A stretch of 64,000 nt of DNA from an uncultured Methanolobus sp. (GCA_963667555.1 OY763421.1:449562-513561); one strand, 5' to 3'; shown: positions 29,873 through 40,852, numbered from the stretch's first letter. The notes: a model not told the origin generated them from the sequence alone. Program-made: numbers and translations.

Positions 29873-31702
29873 ATGTTGGTGCAAAATGGGTATTTAAATA
29901 ATGAGTATGTAACCAAAGGAAAACTGATGTTAATTTTATTTAACATTGGTGTAATTTTTTTGTCAATGACTTATTATTTTGCATATAATGGTCATTTTTA
30001 TAGCATTCTTTTTTGGTTCTCGGTTTTGTTTATATGTTTGCCAACTTTTATAGTAGCATTAGTTGCGGAGTATTCGTTTAAATATAAACTTTTTTTTATA
30101 CTGCTGTTCAATCTTTCTTTGTTTATGTTGCGTATACTTCCGAGTACTTCTCATTTTCATTTTGCAGATGAGTTGGCATTAGTTGAATCTACACAATTAA
30201 TATATGAAACCGGTTTTTTAAATATAACCCCTCATTTTGAAATTCTAAAATATTATCCTTCTTTACAATTAGTTAATGTTTTTATTCAATGGATTACAAA
30301 TTTATCCCTTACTAATGCTGGAAGAATAGCAATTATGTTCATACATGTATTGAATATTTTGTTTGTTTATATTATTATGTATGGTATGACTAAATCAGGC
30401 GTAATTTCATCAATTGGGTCAATTGTTTATGCTACAAATCCATTGCATGTGTTTTTTCATACTCTTTTTAGTTATGAAACACTTGGAATCCTTTTTTTTG
30501 TAATTCTTGTATATATCTTACTTAAAAGTGAAAATCAAAAGTCACTGACTATGTCTTTTCTAAGTATAATGGTATTGATCACGTTAACCATTACTCATCA
30601 TTTATCATCCATTTTATTCATTCTTTTTATTACTATATTAGCAACAGTCAGGCTTATAATGTCATTAAAATATGGAGTGAGCACACAAAGAAATCAGTAT
30701 AATTTTCTTTTTCTTGCAACAACTACCATTTTTTTCTGGATAATATATGTGTCAAAAACGGCATTTGTTTACCTCTCACAAAACATTGTTTTGAGAATAA
30801 AAGCTCTTCTTGAATTATCATTTCTTGGAGGAGGTACTTCTATTTCGTCTTCATCTCTTTCAAGTTCCAATCTAAGTTTCATCGAATATTTTTTGGATAC
30901 TTTCGTTTATATTCCTGCTTTACTTTTATTTTGTTTTGTAGGCTATTATTTTGTACTTAGGAACCACTGGGAAAAATCTGTTTTTCAAATATCATTTATT
31001 ATATTTGGGCCCGTTCTCTTTTTGGCCACTTTATTTATGATTCCAACATCAGGATTTGAAATTGCTGTTAGGTTTTGGGGTTTTCTTTTCTTAGGTGTTT
31101 CTCTTTTTGTTGCATATGGCTTTGTTTATCTATACAAATTTACAAACTTCAAGAGGGATTATGTTAAATTATTATCGTTAGTATTAGTTTTTTTAATCTT
31201 TTTAGGGGGCATAAGTATAGGTGATAAACCGATTCACCGTGTACCTGATCTACTTTCTCCAAGTATGGCATCAGGCTCAGGTACTATCAGTACTGATGTT
31301 CTGATTGCAGCAGATTGGTTTGAGGCTCATTTTGGAAGATATAATAATATGTTAGGTGAAAAGACATCTTCATTAATATTCGAAAGAATTTCGCATCAAA
31401 ATGTTGATAGGTGGAATTCCTGGAAAGTATTTCTTCCATCAAACATGGATTCCAATATCTCAGAATACCTCATGAATCATAATATGAAGTATATTATAGT
31501 GGACTGGAGAATAATTGACAGGCCTGCTGAGTATGGTTATTATTTTGATAATAAGAATAAATATTCATCAGAATATCCTGTATATGGGTCAAAAGAGTTT
31601 CTTCCAGGTGAGTCCCTTCATAAATTTGAAAATAGTAGTGAATTCTCGAAGTTTTATTCTAACGGCAACATTGCACTATATAGTTTCAAGGTGATTACTT
31701 GA
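29873..31702 (+). CDS. Polytopic membrane protein, GT-C-like/polymerase candidate
   Basis: 609 aa, many TM helices, FADE loop motif, YYP, THH; AT-rich glycan cassette. Confidence 0.55.
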   Translation: MLVQNGYLNNEYVTKGKLMLILFNIGVIFLSMTYYFAYNGHFYSILFWFSVLFICLPTFIVALVAEYSFKYKLFFILLFNLSLFMLRILPSTSHFHFADELALVESTQLIYETGFLNITPHFEILKYYPSLQLVNVFIQWITNLSLTNAGRIAIMFIHVLNILFVYIIMYGMTKSGVISSIGSIVYATNPLHVFFHTLFSYETLGILFFVILVYILLKSENQKSLTMSFLSIMVLITLTITHHLSSILFILFITILATVRLIMSLKYGVSTQRNQYNFLFLATTTIFFWIIYVSKTAFVYLSQNIVLRIKALLELSFLGGGTSISSSSLSSSNLSFIEYFLDTFVYIPALLLFCFVGYYFVLRNHWEKSVFQISFIIFGPVLFLATLFMIPTSGFEIAVRFWGFLFLGVSLFVAYGFVYLYKFTNFKRDYVKLLSLVLVFLIFLGGISIGDKPIHRVPDLLSPSMASGSGTISTDVLIAADWFEAHFGRYNNMLGEKTSSLIFERISHQNVDRWNSWKVFLPSNMDSNISEYLMNHNMKYIIVDWRIIDRPAEYGYYFDNKNKYSSEYPVYGSKEFLPGESLHKFENSSEFSKFYSNGNIALYSFKVIT

Positions 31703-32979
31703 ATGAAAAAAAGATTTTAATTATCAATTATTTTGGTACCCAAAATAAAGGGGATATAGCAATTCTTTTAGGGATGCTTGAGAGTTTCAAGAAATTGTCT
31801 GTAAGATCAAGTATCAGTGTGCTATCTCATGATCCAAAAGACACTGAAATGTATACCAATGGCTTTAAACTTAATATTATTGAACGTATCATCAAACGAA
31901 AGGAAAACAATACCAATCGTTTTTTCTGGATTGCTTCTATTTGTTTCTGGATAGTCCAAATAATTGTCTGGTTATTGTTCCAAAAATTAGGTGTGGATAT
32001 TAAGTCTCTTTTCAGCAAAGATAAAAAAGCGATTCTTTCAGAGTATCTTGAATCTGATCTGATAGTTAGTAGTGGTGGTGGATATTTACATGACAATCAT
32101 GTATCTGCTCTTTTTCTGGCATTATTATCCATATTTGTTGCAACATCGTTAAAGAAAAAAGTAGTATTATATTCCCAGTCAATTGGGCCAATAAATAAAA
32201 ATCTCTATCGTCCATTTGTAAGGTCCGTTTTAAATAAAGTGGATCTTATCCTTGTAAGGGAGAAAATTTCTGAAGAATTTTTAGATGAAATATGGGTGAA
32301 TAAACCGGACATTATTGTTACAGGAGATGCTGCATTTGTTTATTCTTCAATGTCTGATGATGAGGTTGAAAATACAGTTGAGACTGAAAAAATTGATAGG
32401 TCAAAGTTCAATGTTGGAATTACTGTTAGACACTGGCATTTTCCTACTTTTAGTAATTCTGATGAGATGTATAATAATTATAAACAAGTAATCGCTCAAA
32501 TATCAGATTATGTTATTGAAAAATATGATGCTGAGATCACATTTATTCCAATGATCATGCGTGATACTTTCAATGATGAAAGATTGATAGCCGAAGAAAT
32601 CATTTCTAAAATGAGGTGCCCGGAAAAGGCGAGAGTTATATATAATGAGTACTCGCCTTTGGCTATAAGACATATTATTGGTTCAATGGACCTTTTAATA
32701 GGCACACGTTTTCATTCTGCAATTTTCGCATTTACAATGCGTGTACCATCAATTGTCATACAATATGAGCATAAAGCCGGTGGGATCATGCAGATGATGG
32801 GTCTGGATAAGTATTTGTATGATATAAATTCCCTTGATGCAGATACTATGAAAGATGCTATTGATGAAATAATTCTCAAAAAGAAAGATGTTTCAATGCT
32901 GATCGATGAAAAGGTTCTCCTTATGGATAAATTGTCTGCTGAAAATATCAGTGTTATTAACAATTACTTTTTTAATTAA
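31699..32979 (+). CDS. Polysaccharide pyruvyl transferase family (WcaK/AmsJ-like)
   Basis: NKGD.AI, SGGG.L.D, SQSIGP, VRE..S, DAAF, GTRFHS. Confidence 0.85.
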   Translation: MNEKKILIINYFGTQNKGDIAILLGMLESFKKLSVRSSISVLSHDPKDTEMYTNGFKLNIIERIIKRKENNTNRFFWIASICFWIVQIIVWLLFQKLGVDIKSLFSKDKKAILSEYLESDLIVSSGGGYLHDNHVSALFLALLSIFVATSLKKKVVLYSQSIGPINKNLYRPFVRSVLNKVDLILVREKISEEFLDEIWVNKPDIIVTGDAAFVYSSMSDDEVENTVETEKIDRSKFNVGITVRHWHFPTFSNSDEMYNNYKQVIAQISDYVIEKYDAEITFIPMIMRDTFNDERLIAEEIISKMRCPEKARVIYNEYSPLAIRHIIGSMDLLIGTRFHSAIFAFTMRVPSIVIQYEHKAGGIMQMMGLDKYLYDINSLDADTMKDAIDEIILKKKDVSMLIDEKVLLMDKLSAENISVINNYFFN

Positions 32980-32996
32980 GCATCTCTATAGGTGCT

Positions 32997-34268
32997 TTAT
33001 TTTCTCTTTTTAAAATGGTTCTGAATATAAATGCCAAAAATGATGGTGGCTATAAACAAATTTGAAGAGCACCAGGCAATTCCTACTCCAATGAGGCCAA
33101 TAGATTGCATCAACAAATATGCAAGCAATATAGATATGGATGATAATGAAAAGTTGATTAAAATTATAGCCTTTCTATTTTTTTCTATTCTTTTTGCAGT
33201 TAAGTAACAAACATTAATTGTATATGGAAGGCTTGCAATACAAAATAATATCAGGATGTCGAATGCATTTGTAGAATATGTTTCACCAAAAAGGTTAAGG
33301 ATGTTTCTTCCCAATGCAGATATCAATAGTACTCCTGGAACTAAAGCGATCATTACAAATTTAAGTGACTTGACTATGTTTCTGCTGAAATTAGATGGTT
33401 CATATGAGCCTTCTGCAAAAAGAGATGTAGCAATTGCCCTTGGGATCATCAGAAAAATGGCGGAAAATGACCATGCAATGTAGAAATATGCATTCTGTTC
33501 TGCGCCAAGTACATCAAGAACAATTAATGGCAATATATACGTTGGCATTCCTTCAAATATTGTTGCTATATAATTTGCAAATGAAAAACTAAATATATTT
33601 TTCAGAGTCTTTTTATCAATTCTAAAGGATGGTCTGTAATTAGTCTGAACTTTGGTTATAAAATAATTACCAAGTATTGTGGCAATGACTATTCCTGCTC
33701 CATATGATAAAAAAAGACTTAGTAATCCCCATTTTATCAAAAAAGGAAGCATCAATACTCTGGATATGGCTACAAGATTCTGAACAAAAGAATATTTTGT
33801 GTTGCGTAATGCAGCAAAGATATTTGCTTGCGATACAAACACGGAGTATGCCAGTGTAAATACAATAAATAAACTTGCATATTTAATGTCAAGTTTCATA
33901 AACATCAAAGTTGGTGAAAACAGGTCTATATTAAATATAAATAATACTGATAGAGCAATTGCCATTATAGAGATGACTGTTAGACAGGAATTGATTATTA
34001 CATCTTTTTTATCAGATTCGGGCAAATATCTTATAATTCCTATATCGAGCCCTAAACGTGCAAAGAGATTTAATATTCCAATTGCAGAAATTACAGCAAC
34101 AGCCAAACCAACATTTTCAGGTGAATAATATTTTGCAGCAATGAACCAGAAAATAAACCCTGATCCACTACTTGAAAAAGTTGTTAGCATTAAAAAAAAA
34201 GCATTGCTGAATAAAGGAGACTTAAGTTCATCAAATGCTTTTTTAATACTAATTTTATCCAATAACAA
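32997..34268 (-). CDS. Oligosaccharide flippase (Wzx/MOP superfamily)
   Basis: About 12 TM helices, GF.FW..AA..YS...VG, GLIGVGIAW. Confidence 0.85.
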   Translation of the reverse strand: MLLDKISIKKAFDELKSPLFSNAFFLMLTTFSSSGSGFIFWFIAAKYYSPENVGLAVAVISAIGILNLFARLGLDIGIIRYLPESDKKDVIINSCLTVISIMAIALSVLFIFNIDLFSPTLMFMKLDIKYASLFIVFTLAYSVFVSQANIFAALRNTKYSFVQNLVAISRVLMLPFLIKWGLLSLFLSYGAGIVIATILGNYFITKVQTNYRPSFRIDKKTLKNIFSFSFANYIATIFEGMPTYILPLIVLDVLGAEQNAYFYIAWSFSAIFLMIPRAIATSLFAEGSYEPSNFSRNIVKSLKFVMIALVPGVLLISALGRNILNLFGETYSTNAFDILILFCIASLPYTINVCYLTAKRIEKNRKAIILINFSLSSISILLAYLLMQSIGLIGVGIAWCSSNLFIATIIFGIYIQNHFKKRK

Positions 34269-34304
34269 AATCTATCTCCGTTTTACATAGATATTGATAA
34301 AAAA

Positions 34305-35273
34305 TCAATCTGCTGATGAATTGAGAAGAGCCTTAACAGTCTCTCTCACACTCGTCTCAGATCCCCACTCATTCTTCCATCCAAGTTTCTTCAATTTATC
34401 AATGCTCAGCATCATTATAGGAACATCGCCTTTCCAGCCTCTTGATCCACCGGTATAGTTGAACTTTACATCAGAAAGCCTCATTTCTTCTACAATTATT
34501 TCTCCGATACGTGTTGGATTTGTGGCATCTTCTGAACCGATGTTGAATATATTCACTTCTTCATTGCTGCTTGTGATGGAATGTACTATAGCATCAACAC
34601 ATTCCTTTACGTGAAGGTAGGATTTGGATTGTCTGCCGTCTCCAAGTATTTCAAGTTCTTCAGGATCTTTCTGAAGTTTAGCAATAAAATCAACTATTAT
34701 ACCATGGGTGCCTCTGTCACCAATAATGTTTGCAAAGCGGAATATCCAGGAATGCATATCAAAGGTGTGGCTATAGGATGTTATCAGTGCCTCACAGGCA
34801 AGTTTAGATGCTCCGTAAAGTGATATTGGTACAAGCGGTCCATAGTTCTCTGGTGTGGGAATTATTGTGGCTTCCCCATAAACAGTAGATGTTGATGTGA
34901 AGGCCATTTCTTTTACCTCGTTTATACGCATGGCTTCAAGCAGGTTGTAAGTGGCTGTTATATTCTGATCAAAATGAACTTTAGTGTCTACTGCACCAAG
35001 GCGAACATCCGGATTTGCAGCGATGTGGAATACAAGATCTATATCTTTGCAGGCATTGGTAATGGCATCAGTATCAAGAAGATCTCCTTCAATGAGTTTG
35101 AACTCATCTTTGTTCATATGGTGTTGTATGAACTCCATCTTTCCTGAACTCATATTATCAAACACAGTTACCTTGTTCCCCATGTCAAGAAGCCTGTCTG
35201 TCACATGACTGCCTATGAATCCTGCTCCACCTGTGATGAGTACATTACGTCCTGAAAGTTTATTTGATACCAT
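34305..35273 (-). CDS. NAD-dependent epimerase/dehydratase (extended SDR)
   Basis: TGGAGFIGSH, TSTSTVYG, YGASK, FRFANIIG. Confidence 0.9.
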   Translation of the reverse strand: MVSNKLSGRNVLITGGAGFIGSHVTDRLLDMGNKVTVFDNMSSGKMEFIQHHMNKDEFKLIEGDLLDTDAITNACKDIDLVFHIAANPDVRLGAVDTKVHFDQNITATYNLLEAMRINEVKEMAFTSTSTVYGEATIIPTPENYGPLVPISLYGASKLACEALITSYSHTFDMHSWIFRFANIIGDRGTHGIIVDFIAKLQKDPEELEILGDGRQSKSYLHVKECVDAIVHSITSSNEEVNIFNIGSEDATNPTRIGEIIVEEMRLSDVKFNYTGGSRGWKGDVPIMMLSIDKLKKLGWKNEWGSETSVRETVKALLNSSAD

Positions 35274-35352
35274 TGATTAGACTCCACTTTTATCCTTTAA
35301 AGCAAAACAAAGAGCTTGAACATTATATTCGACTGGCTTAATAATATTTCTG

Positions 35353-35372
35353 TACATATTTAAGTTTTATGA
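35353..35372 (-). promoter_or_regulatory. BRE-TATA-like 20-mer, identical to 46360-46379
   Basis: TCATAAAACTTAAATATGTA on the minus strand, 80 bp before the epimerase start. Confidence 0.55.
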
Positions 35373-35668
35373 GTTCAAAATTCGAAAATTTATAAAGATG
35401 TTAATATTAAAACCCGCGCCATGTTAATGTGGATTCTTATTTTGGCACTTACCTGTTTAGAATTCTTATGTATCCTCATTTAAGTGATCCGGATGCATGT
35501 GTATACGGAGTCATTATTTTCACAATTCCAATCTGTTTATATTAATCCTATCATTATTTCAATTGTAAGTTTTGCAGCGTATTTAATATCGCAAACCTAC
35601 GATCAATTGTTTTTATTATCCGGATGTTATATTTAATCAGTAATTAAAACAATTTTCAGGACAATTTA

Positions 35669-35681
35669 GAAACTTTTATAT
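35669..35681 (+). promoter_or_regulatory. BRE-TATA promoter of the cassette-2 plus arm
   Basis: GAAACTTTTATAT. Confidence 0.5.
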
Positions 35682-35800
35682 CACAGTACTATTATTCTCA
35701 GTGTCTATAGGACATATGCATATCATATGTACAAAAGCAGGTCTCTTGTTTTGCATTTTACCATGCCTTAACTTGGGGATCTACAAAACGGTGGTTGGAT

Positions 35801-37354
35801 ATGACGATAGTCGCAGTGATACCTGCATTTAATGAAGAAGTACACATACATGATGTTATTAAAAAGGCCAGGCATTATGTAGATGAGATCATCGTTGTTG
35901 ATGATTGCAGCAAAGATGCTACTGCTTTTATTGCCCAGAGTCTTGGTGCAAGGCTGATAAGGCATGATACTAACATGGGCAAAGTTGAAGCCCTGAAATC
36001 CGGGTTTAAAGCTGCAAAGGAGCTTGACCCACGCATCATAGTTACTCTTTATGCAAACGGTTACCATAACCCTGAGGATATTCCCCGGCTTGTTGAGCCT
36101 ATATTCTGGCTTGAGGCCGATGTGGTTACCGGAAACACGTTTTTTAAGGAGCAAGATGTCCTGTCGATCATTGGCATGGACGATCATTTTGAAGGTTCCT
36201 TGCTTTGCGATATTGCACAGGATGCAGGCCTTATAGGCCAATGCATGGGATTCACCGCATTCTCATCAAACATTGTTGATTCACTTCAGTTTTACGAGAA
36301 CGGTACGTCAGTTGAGCTATCACTCCTAAAGGATGCCAAAAAAGCAGGATACGACGTAAGGATGCTTCCAGCATCAACTTTGTGCAATCAGGATCATGAT
36401 GTCTTGCAGAAATATCGCATCGGTGTGGTAGTTCCGGCATACAATGAAGAGAAACTGATCAAGATAACCGTCAACGGCATTCCTGAATACGTAGACCGGA
36501 TATACGTTATCAATGATTGCAGCACTGACAAAACCGCAGAGGTTCTCGAATCAATCGATGACCCTCGCATGCATGTGATCACTCACAAGGTGAACCAGGG
36601 AGTAGGAGCAGCCATCCTGCATGGATACCAGCAATCCCTGAAGGAGAATATGGACATAATCGCAGTAATGGGCGGTGACAATCAGATGAACCCCCAGCAG
36701 CTTCCAAACCTCCTGATGCCAATAATCGAAGGCAAGGTAGACTACACCAAAGGCAACCGCCTGCTCAGTGAAGAGTTCCGTGTAGGCATGAGCAAATGGA
36801 GATCCTTCGGAAACGGCCTTCTCACCATGATCACCAAGATAGCCAGCGGCTACTGGCACATCATGGACCCCCAGAACGGCTACACCGCCATCTCCAAAAA
36901 AGCCCTCTCAAACATGGACCTGCACAACCTTTACACCTACTACGGTTACTGCAATGACATGCTGGTAAAACTGAATGCCTTCGGCTTCCGCACCATGGAT
37001 ATAACCATGCCAGCCCGCTACGGCCAGGAACGCTCCACCATCAAATACAGTAACTACATGGGCAAAGTCTCCATAATGCTCTTCAAGAAGTTCCTCTGGA
37101 GACTCAAGATGAAGTACATGACACTGAGCTTCCACCCCCTTGTGCTGTTCTATGCATTTGGGATGATATTGGTGCCATTGGGTGTACTGATGGCTGGGTA
37201 TATTTTAGCTGCAAAACTTGTAATGGGATGGAATGTCTCTACTAATTTACCTTTACTTGATGCAGTATTTTTGATCACAGGCATTCAGTTCACTTTGTTT
37301 GCGATGTTGTTCGATATGCAGGAATGTAACAGGGTGAGCTGTCAGCAGAATTAA
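35801..37354 (+). CDS. Tandem GT2-GT2 fusion; N-terminal domain has lost the DxD motif
   Basis: Domain 1 IPAFNEE..TLYANGYH; domain 2 VPAYNEE..NDCSTD..GGDNQM..DPQNGY; C-terminal TM helices. Confidence 0.85.
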   Translation: MTIVAVIPAFNEEVHIHDVIKKARHYVDEIIVVDDCSKDATAFIAQSLGARLIRHDTNMGKVEALKSGFKAAKELDPRIIVTLYANGYHNPEDIPRLVEPIFWLEADVVTGNTFFKEQDVLSIIGMDDHFEGSLLCDIAQDAGLIGQCMGFTAFSSNIVDSLQFYENGTSVELSLLKDAKKAGYDVRMLPASTLCNQDHDVLQKYRIGVVVPAYNEEKLIKITVNGIPEYVDRIYVINDCSTDKTAEVLESIDDPRMHVITHKVNQGVGAAILHGYQQSLKENMDIIAVMGGDNQMNPQQLPNLLMPIIEGKVDYTKGNRLLSEEFRVGMSKWRSFGNGLLTMITKIASGYWHIMDPQNGYTAISKKALSNMDLHNLYTYYGYCNDMLVKLNAFGFRTMDITMPARYGQERSTIKYSNYMGKVSIMLFKKFLWRLKMKYMTLSFHPLVLFYAFGMILVPLGVLMAGYILAAKLVMGWNVSTNLPLLDAVFLITGIQFTLFAMLFDMQECNRVSCQQN

Positions 37355-37385
37355 TTATGCTTAAAAAACGGAATGAGGCTAAAAA

Positions 37386-38429
37386 TTGCGAGTGTTAATT
37401 GATATTGGGCATCCTGCACATGTTCATTTTTATAAAAACATCATATGGGGCTTGGAGAAAAAAGGTCATGAAGTTTTAGTTACTTCACGAGATAAGGATG
37501 TGGCAAGAAATCTATTGGATGCTTATGATATACCTTATGTTCCAGTTGGAAAGATGGGAACTGGGAAATTTGCTTTAATTGCAGAATGGATCAATAGAGA
37601 TTACCAAATTCTTAAAATTGCACGAAAATTCAAGCCTGATATCTTGATGGGAATGTTAAATCCATGTGTTGCTCATGCATCAATGCTTCTGGGAAAAAAG
37701 TGCTTCATATTCAACGATTCGGAAGTTGTGAACTCCACAGCTCTAATTACCTATCCTTTTTCAGATGTGATCTTTACACCTTCAAATTTCAGTAAGGATG
37801 CAGGAAAAAAGCAGGTTCGTATCAATGGATACAAAGAACATTCATACTTACATTCTAATTATTTTAAGCCAAACCCCGCAATCTTTAATGACATGGACAT
37901 TAGTGTAGATGATAAGTTCATTCTTATGAGATTCGTTGCATGGAAAGCAGGCCATGATATTACACAAAAAGGCTTTGATCTTGAAACAAAGCTTCACTAT
38001 GTAAAATCACTGGAAAAATATGCTAAGGTCTATATTTCCTCTGAAACGGAGCTTCCTCATGAGCTTGAAGAGTATCGCATCACCATCCCACCTGAGAAGA
38101 TACATGATTTCATGTATTATGCACAGTTGCTTGTTGGCGATAGCCAGACAATGACTACAGAAGCTGCATTACTTGGAACTCCTGCTGTAAGATGCAATTC
38201 ATTCGTAGGAGAAAACGATATGGCTAATTTCATAGAACTTGAGAATAAATATGACTTAATCTACAGTTTCAATGATTATGAAAAAGCCCTGGATAAGGCA
38301 ATTTACCTTTTACAAAAATCGGACCTTAAAGAAGAGTGGGTACAGAAAAGAAATGTCATGTTAAGCGACAAAGTCGATGTTAGTTCCTTCATTGTAGACT
38401 ATATTGACAAATATTCAAAATCAAATTAA
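37386..38429 (+). CDS. DUF354-family GT-B-like protein
   Basis: IDIGHPAHVHF, RFVAWKA.HD, GDSQTM.TEAALLGTP. Confidence 0.8.
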   Translation: MRVLIDIGHPAHVHFYKNIIWGLEKKGHEVLVTSRDKDVARNLLDAYDIPYVPVGKMGTGKFALIAEWINRDYQILKIARKFKPDILMGMLNPCVAHASMLLGKKCFIFNDSEVVNSTALITYPFSDVIFTPSNFSKDAGKKQVRINGYKEHSYLHSNYFKPNPAIFNDMDISVDDKFILMRFVAWKAGHDITQKGFDLETKLHYVKSLEKYAKVYISSETELPHELEEYRITIPPEKIHDFMYYAQLLVGDSQTMTTEAALLGTPAVRCNSFVGENDMANFIELENKYDLIYSFNDYEKALDKAIYLLQKSDLKEEWVQKRNVMLSDKVDVSSFIVDYIDKYSKSN

Positions 38430-38443
38430 ACTTTGGTGGGATT

Positions 38444-39511
38444 ATGAAAGTAGCAACTATCGTAGGAGTCAGACCTCAATTTGTGAAAGCTTCAGTAGTT
38501 TCCAGAGAGTTGAGGAAAAAGCATGAAGAAATCCTGATCCATACAGGCCAACACTACGATTACAAAATGAACGAAGTATTCTTTGATGAACTCAATATTC
38601 CTGTACCAGATTATTTCCTTGAGATCGGTTCAGGTTCACACGGATATCAAACAGGAGAAATGCTGAAAAGCATTGAAGATGTCCTAATCAAAGAAGAACC
38701 TGATCTTGTTTTGACCTATGGAGATACAAATTCCACACTTGCAGGGGCTCTTGCAGCTTCAAAACTTCATATTAAGACTGCACATATCGAATCAGGACTT
38801 CGAAGCTTTGACAGAACTATGCCCGAAGAGATCAACAGGATATTAACAGATCACTGTTCAGACATCCTATTCTGCCCAACACAGAACGCTGTCAACAATC
38901 TAAAAAATGAAGGAATAATTGACAATGTTTTTCTGACAGGAGATGTAATGGCAGATTCTGTGATATACAACAAAGATATTGCAGAGAAACAGTCTGATAT
39001 ACTGGATAAACTTGATTTGATAAAAGGTGAGTATTTGTTGGCTACTATTCATAGAGCGAGTAATACAGACAATGTAGATAATTTAAAAAGTATAGTTGAT
39101 GCTTTTTCAGAATTGGATCAAACATTGGTATTCCCTATCCATCCAAGAACGGAAAAAATGTTGGAAACATGTAATTTATACGACGAGTTAGCATCATCTG
39201 TTAAACTAATTGATCCAGTCGGATTCATTGATTTCATAAAACTAATGAATAATTCTAAAATGATTCTTACAGATTCAGGTGGGATTCAAAAAGAAGCTTA
39301 CATTTTGAAAGTTCCCTGTATTACCCTACGCGAGAATACAGAATGGATTGAAACCATTGAAGATGGTTGGAACGTTTTGGTTGGTGCGAATAAAGATAAT
39401 ATTATCAAACGGGTGAACGATTTCATTCCTTCTTTAAGTACACATAAAGAAAGATTCGGAAACGGGAACGCAAGTGAAAGAATCATAAAAGTACTTTCTG
39501 AAGAGATTTAA
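38444..39511 (+). CDS. wecB: UDP-N-acetylglucosamine 2-epimerase, non-hydrolysing (WecB/WbpI-like)
   Basis: GVRPQFVK, HTGQHYD, GDTNSTL, ESGLRSFD, TDSGGIQKEA. Confidence 0.92.
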   Translation: MKVATIVGVRPQFVKASVVSRELRKKHEEILIHTGQHYDYKMNEVFFDELNIPVPDYFLEIGSGSHGYQTGEMLKSIEDVLIKEEPDLVLTYGDTNSTLAGALAASKLHIKTAHIESGLRSFDRTMPEEINRILTDHCSDILFCPTQNAVNNLKNEGIIDNVFLTGDVMADSVIYNKDIAEKQSDILDKLDLIKGEYLLATIHRASNTDNVDNLKSIVDAFSELDQTLVFPIHPRTEKMLETCNLYDELASSVKLIDPVGFIDFIKLMNNSKMILTDSGGIQKEAYILKVPCITLRENTEWIETIEDGWNVLVGANKDNIIKRVNDFIPSLSTHKERFGNGNASERIIKVLSEEI

Positions 39512-40852
39512 ATGTTACATAAACCATTATTCATACTTGCCCATCAGGCACAATATTCTAGATTTTATTCAACATACAAAAATGTGGTTAATAACCAATG
39601 GAAATCTTATGAAGATCAGAAGGTTCAGCAAGAAAAGCAACTTAGACAGATGATTAAATTTGCTTACGGAAATGTACCCTATTATCACAGGCTTTTTAAG
39701 GAACTAAAAATATCTCCTGATAACATTCAAAATATTGAGGATTTAGAGAAATTGCCCATATTGACCAAGGATGTTATTAAATCAAACTGGAATGAATTCA
39801 TACCTTCAAACTTATTTTCACTGAGATATTATAATAGGACAACTGGTGGATCAACTGGTAATCCTCTTGAATACAGATTATCAAAAGCTGATCGTTTTTT
39901 AAGTGCTTCATTACTCTATCGTGGATGGGGATATTCTGGATATGAACTGGGCAATAAAATGGTTTTCTTAGCTGGAACTTCATTAGATGTGGGGTCAAAT
40001 ACTGTTTTTGTTAAAAAAATTCATGAAATTACAAGAAACATAAAAAAATTATCGGCCTTTGACATGAATGAAATAGAAATTAACAACTATACAGATACTA
40101 TAAATCATTTTAAGCCTAATGCTATCAGGGGCTATGCCTCATCAATTGATTATTTTGCAAAGTATATATTAAATAGCAATACTTCTATCCAGTCACCAGA
40201 TGCTGTATTTACAACTGCTGAAAAATTATATCCTCGTATGAGAGAAAGAATCAGTAATGCATTTGATTGTGATGTCTATGATTGTTATGGACTAAATGAT
40301 GGAGGTGTTACTGCTTTTGAATGCGAGGAACACAGTGGTTTACATATAGATACTGAAAGAAGTGTTATGGAAATAGCTTCGACTGATGGTAAACAAATTA
40401 ATTGTGGTGAAGGTAAGATACTTGCCACAACTTTGGGAAATTATGCAATGCCATTGATTCGATATGATACAGGAGATTTAGGTTATATTTTAGAAGATTC
40501 CTGTAGTTGTGGCCGTGGATCAAAGTTGTTAAAAGAAATTATAGGTCGAGATAAAGAACTACTGGTAACACCTACTGGAAAATTAGTTCATGGTGCAGCC
40601 TTCTATAACAATATGATTAATGAATTCAACAATGCTAATGATGTTATTGAATGTCAAATAGTCCAAAAGGAAAAAGATCGTCTAATTTTTAATATTGTTT
40701 GCAGTGATAATTTTGATGAGGCTCAATTAGATGATATTCAAGAAACAGTAATGAAGAAAAATGGATGGAATGTTGAATTCAGATTTGTCGATGAAATTAA
40801 AAAGACACAAGCTGGAAAACATAAGTTTATTATTAATGAGGTTGCTAAGTGA
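39512..40852 (+). CDS. Phenylacetate-CoA ligase-like adenylate-forming enzyme (CapK-like)
   Basis: TTGGSTGNP, YG.ND, P.IRYDTGD, GR motifs. Confidence 0.85.
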   Translation: MLHKPLFILAHQAQYSRFYSTYKNVVNNQWKSYEDQKVQQEKQLRQMIKFAYGNVPYYHRLFKELKISPDNIQNIEDLEKLPILTKDVIKSNWNEFIPSNLFSLRYYNRTTGGSTGNPLEYRLSKADRFLSASLLYRGWGYSGYELGNKMVFLAGTSLDVGSNTVFVKKIHEITRNIKKLSAFDMNEIEINNYTDTINHFKPNAIRGYASSIDYFAKYILNSNTSIQSPDAVFTTAEKLYPRMRERISNAFDCDVYDCYGLNDGGVTAFECEEHSGLHIDTERSVMEIASTDGKQINCGEGKILATTLGNYAMPLIRYDTGDLGYILEDSCSCGRGSKLLKEIIGRDKELLVTPTGKLVHGAAFYNNMINEFNNANDVIECQIVQKEKDRLIFNIVCSDNFDEAQLDDIQETVMKKNGWNVEFRFVDEIKKTQAGKHKFIINEVAK

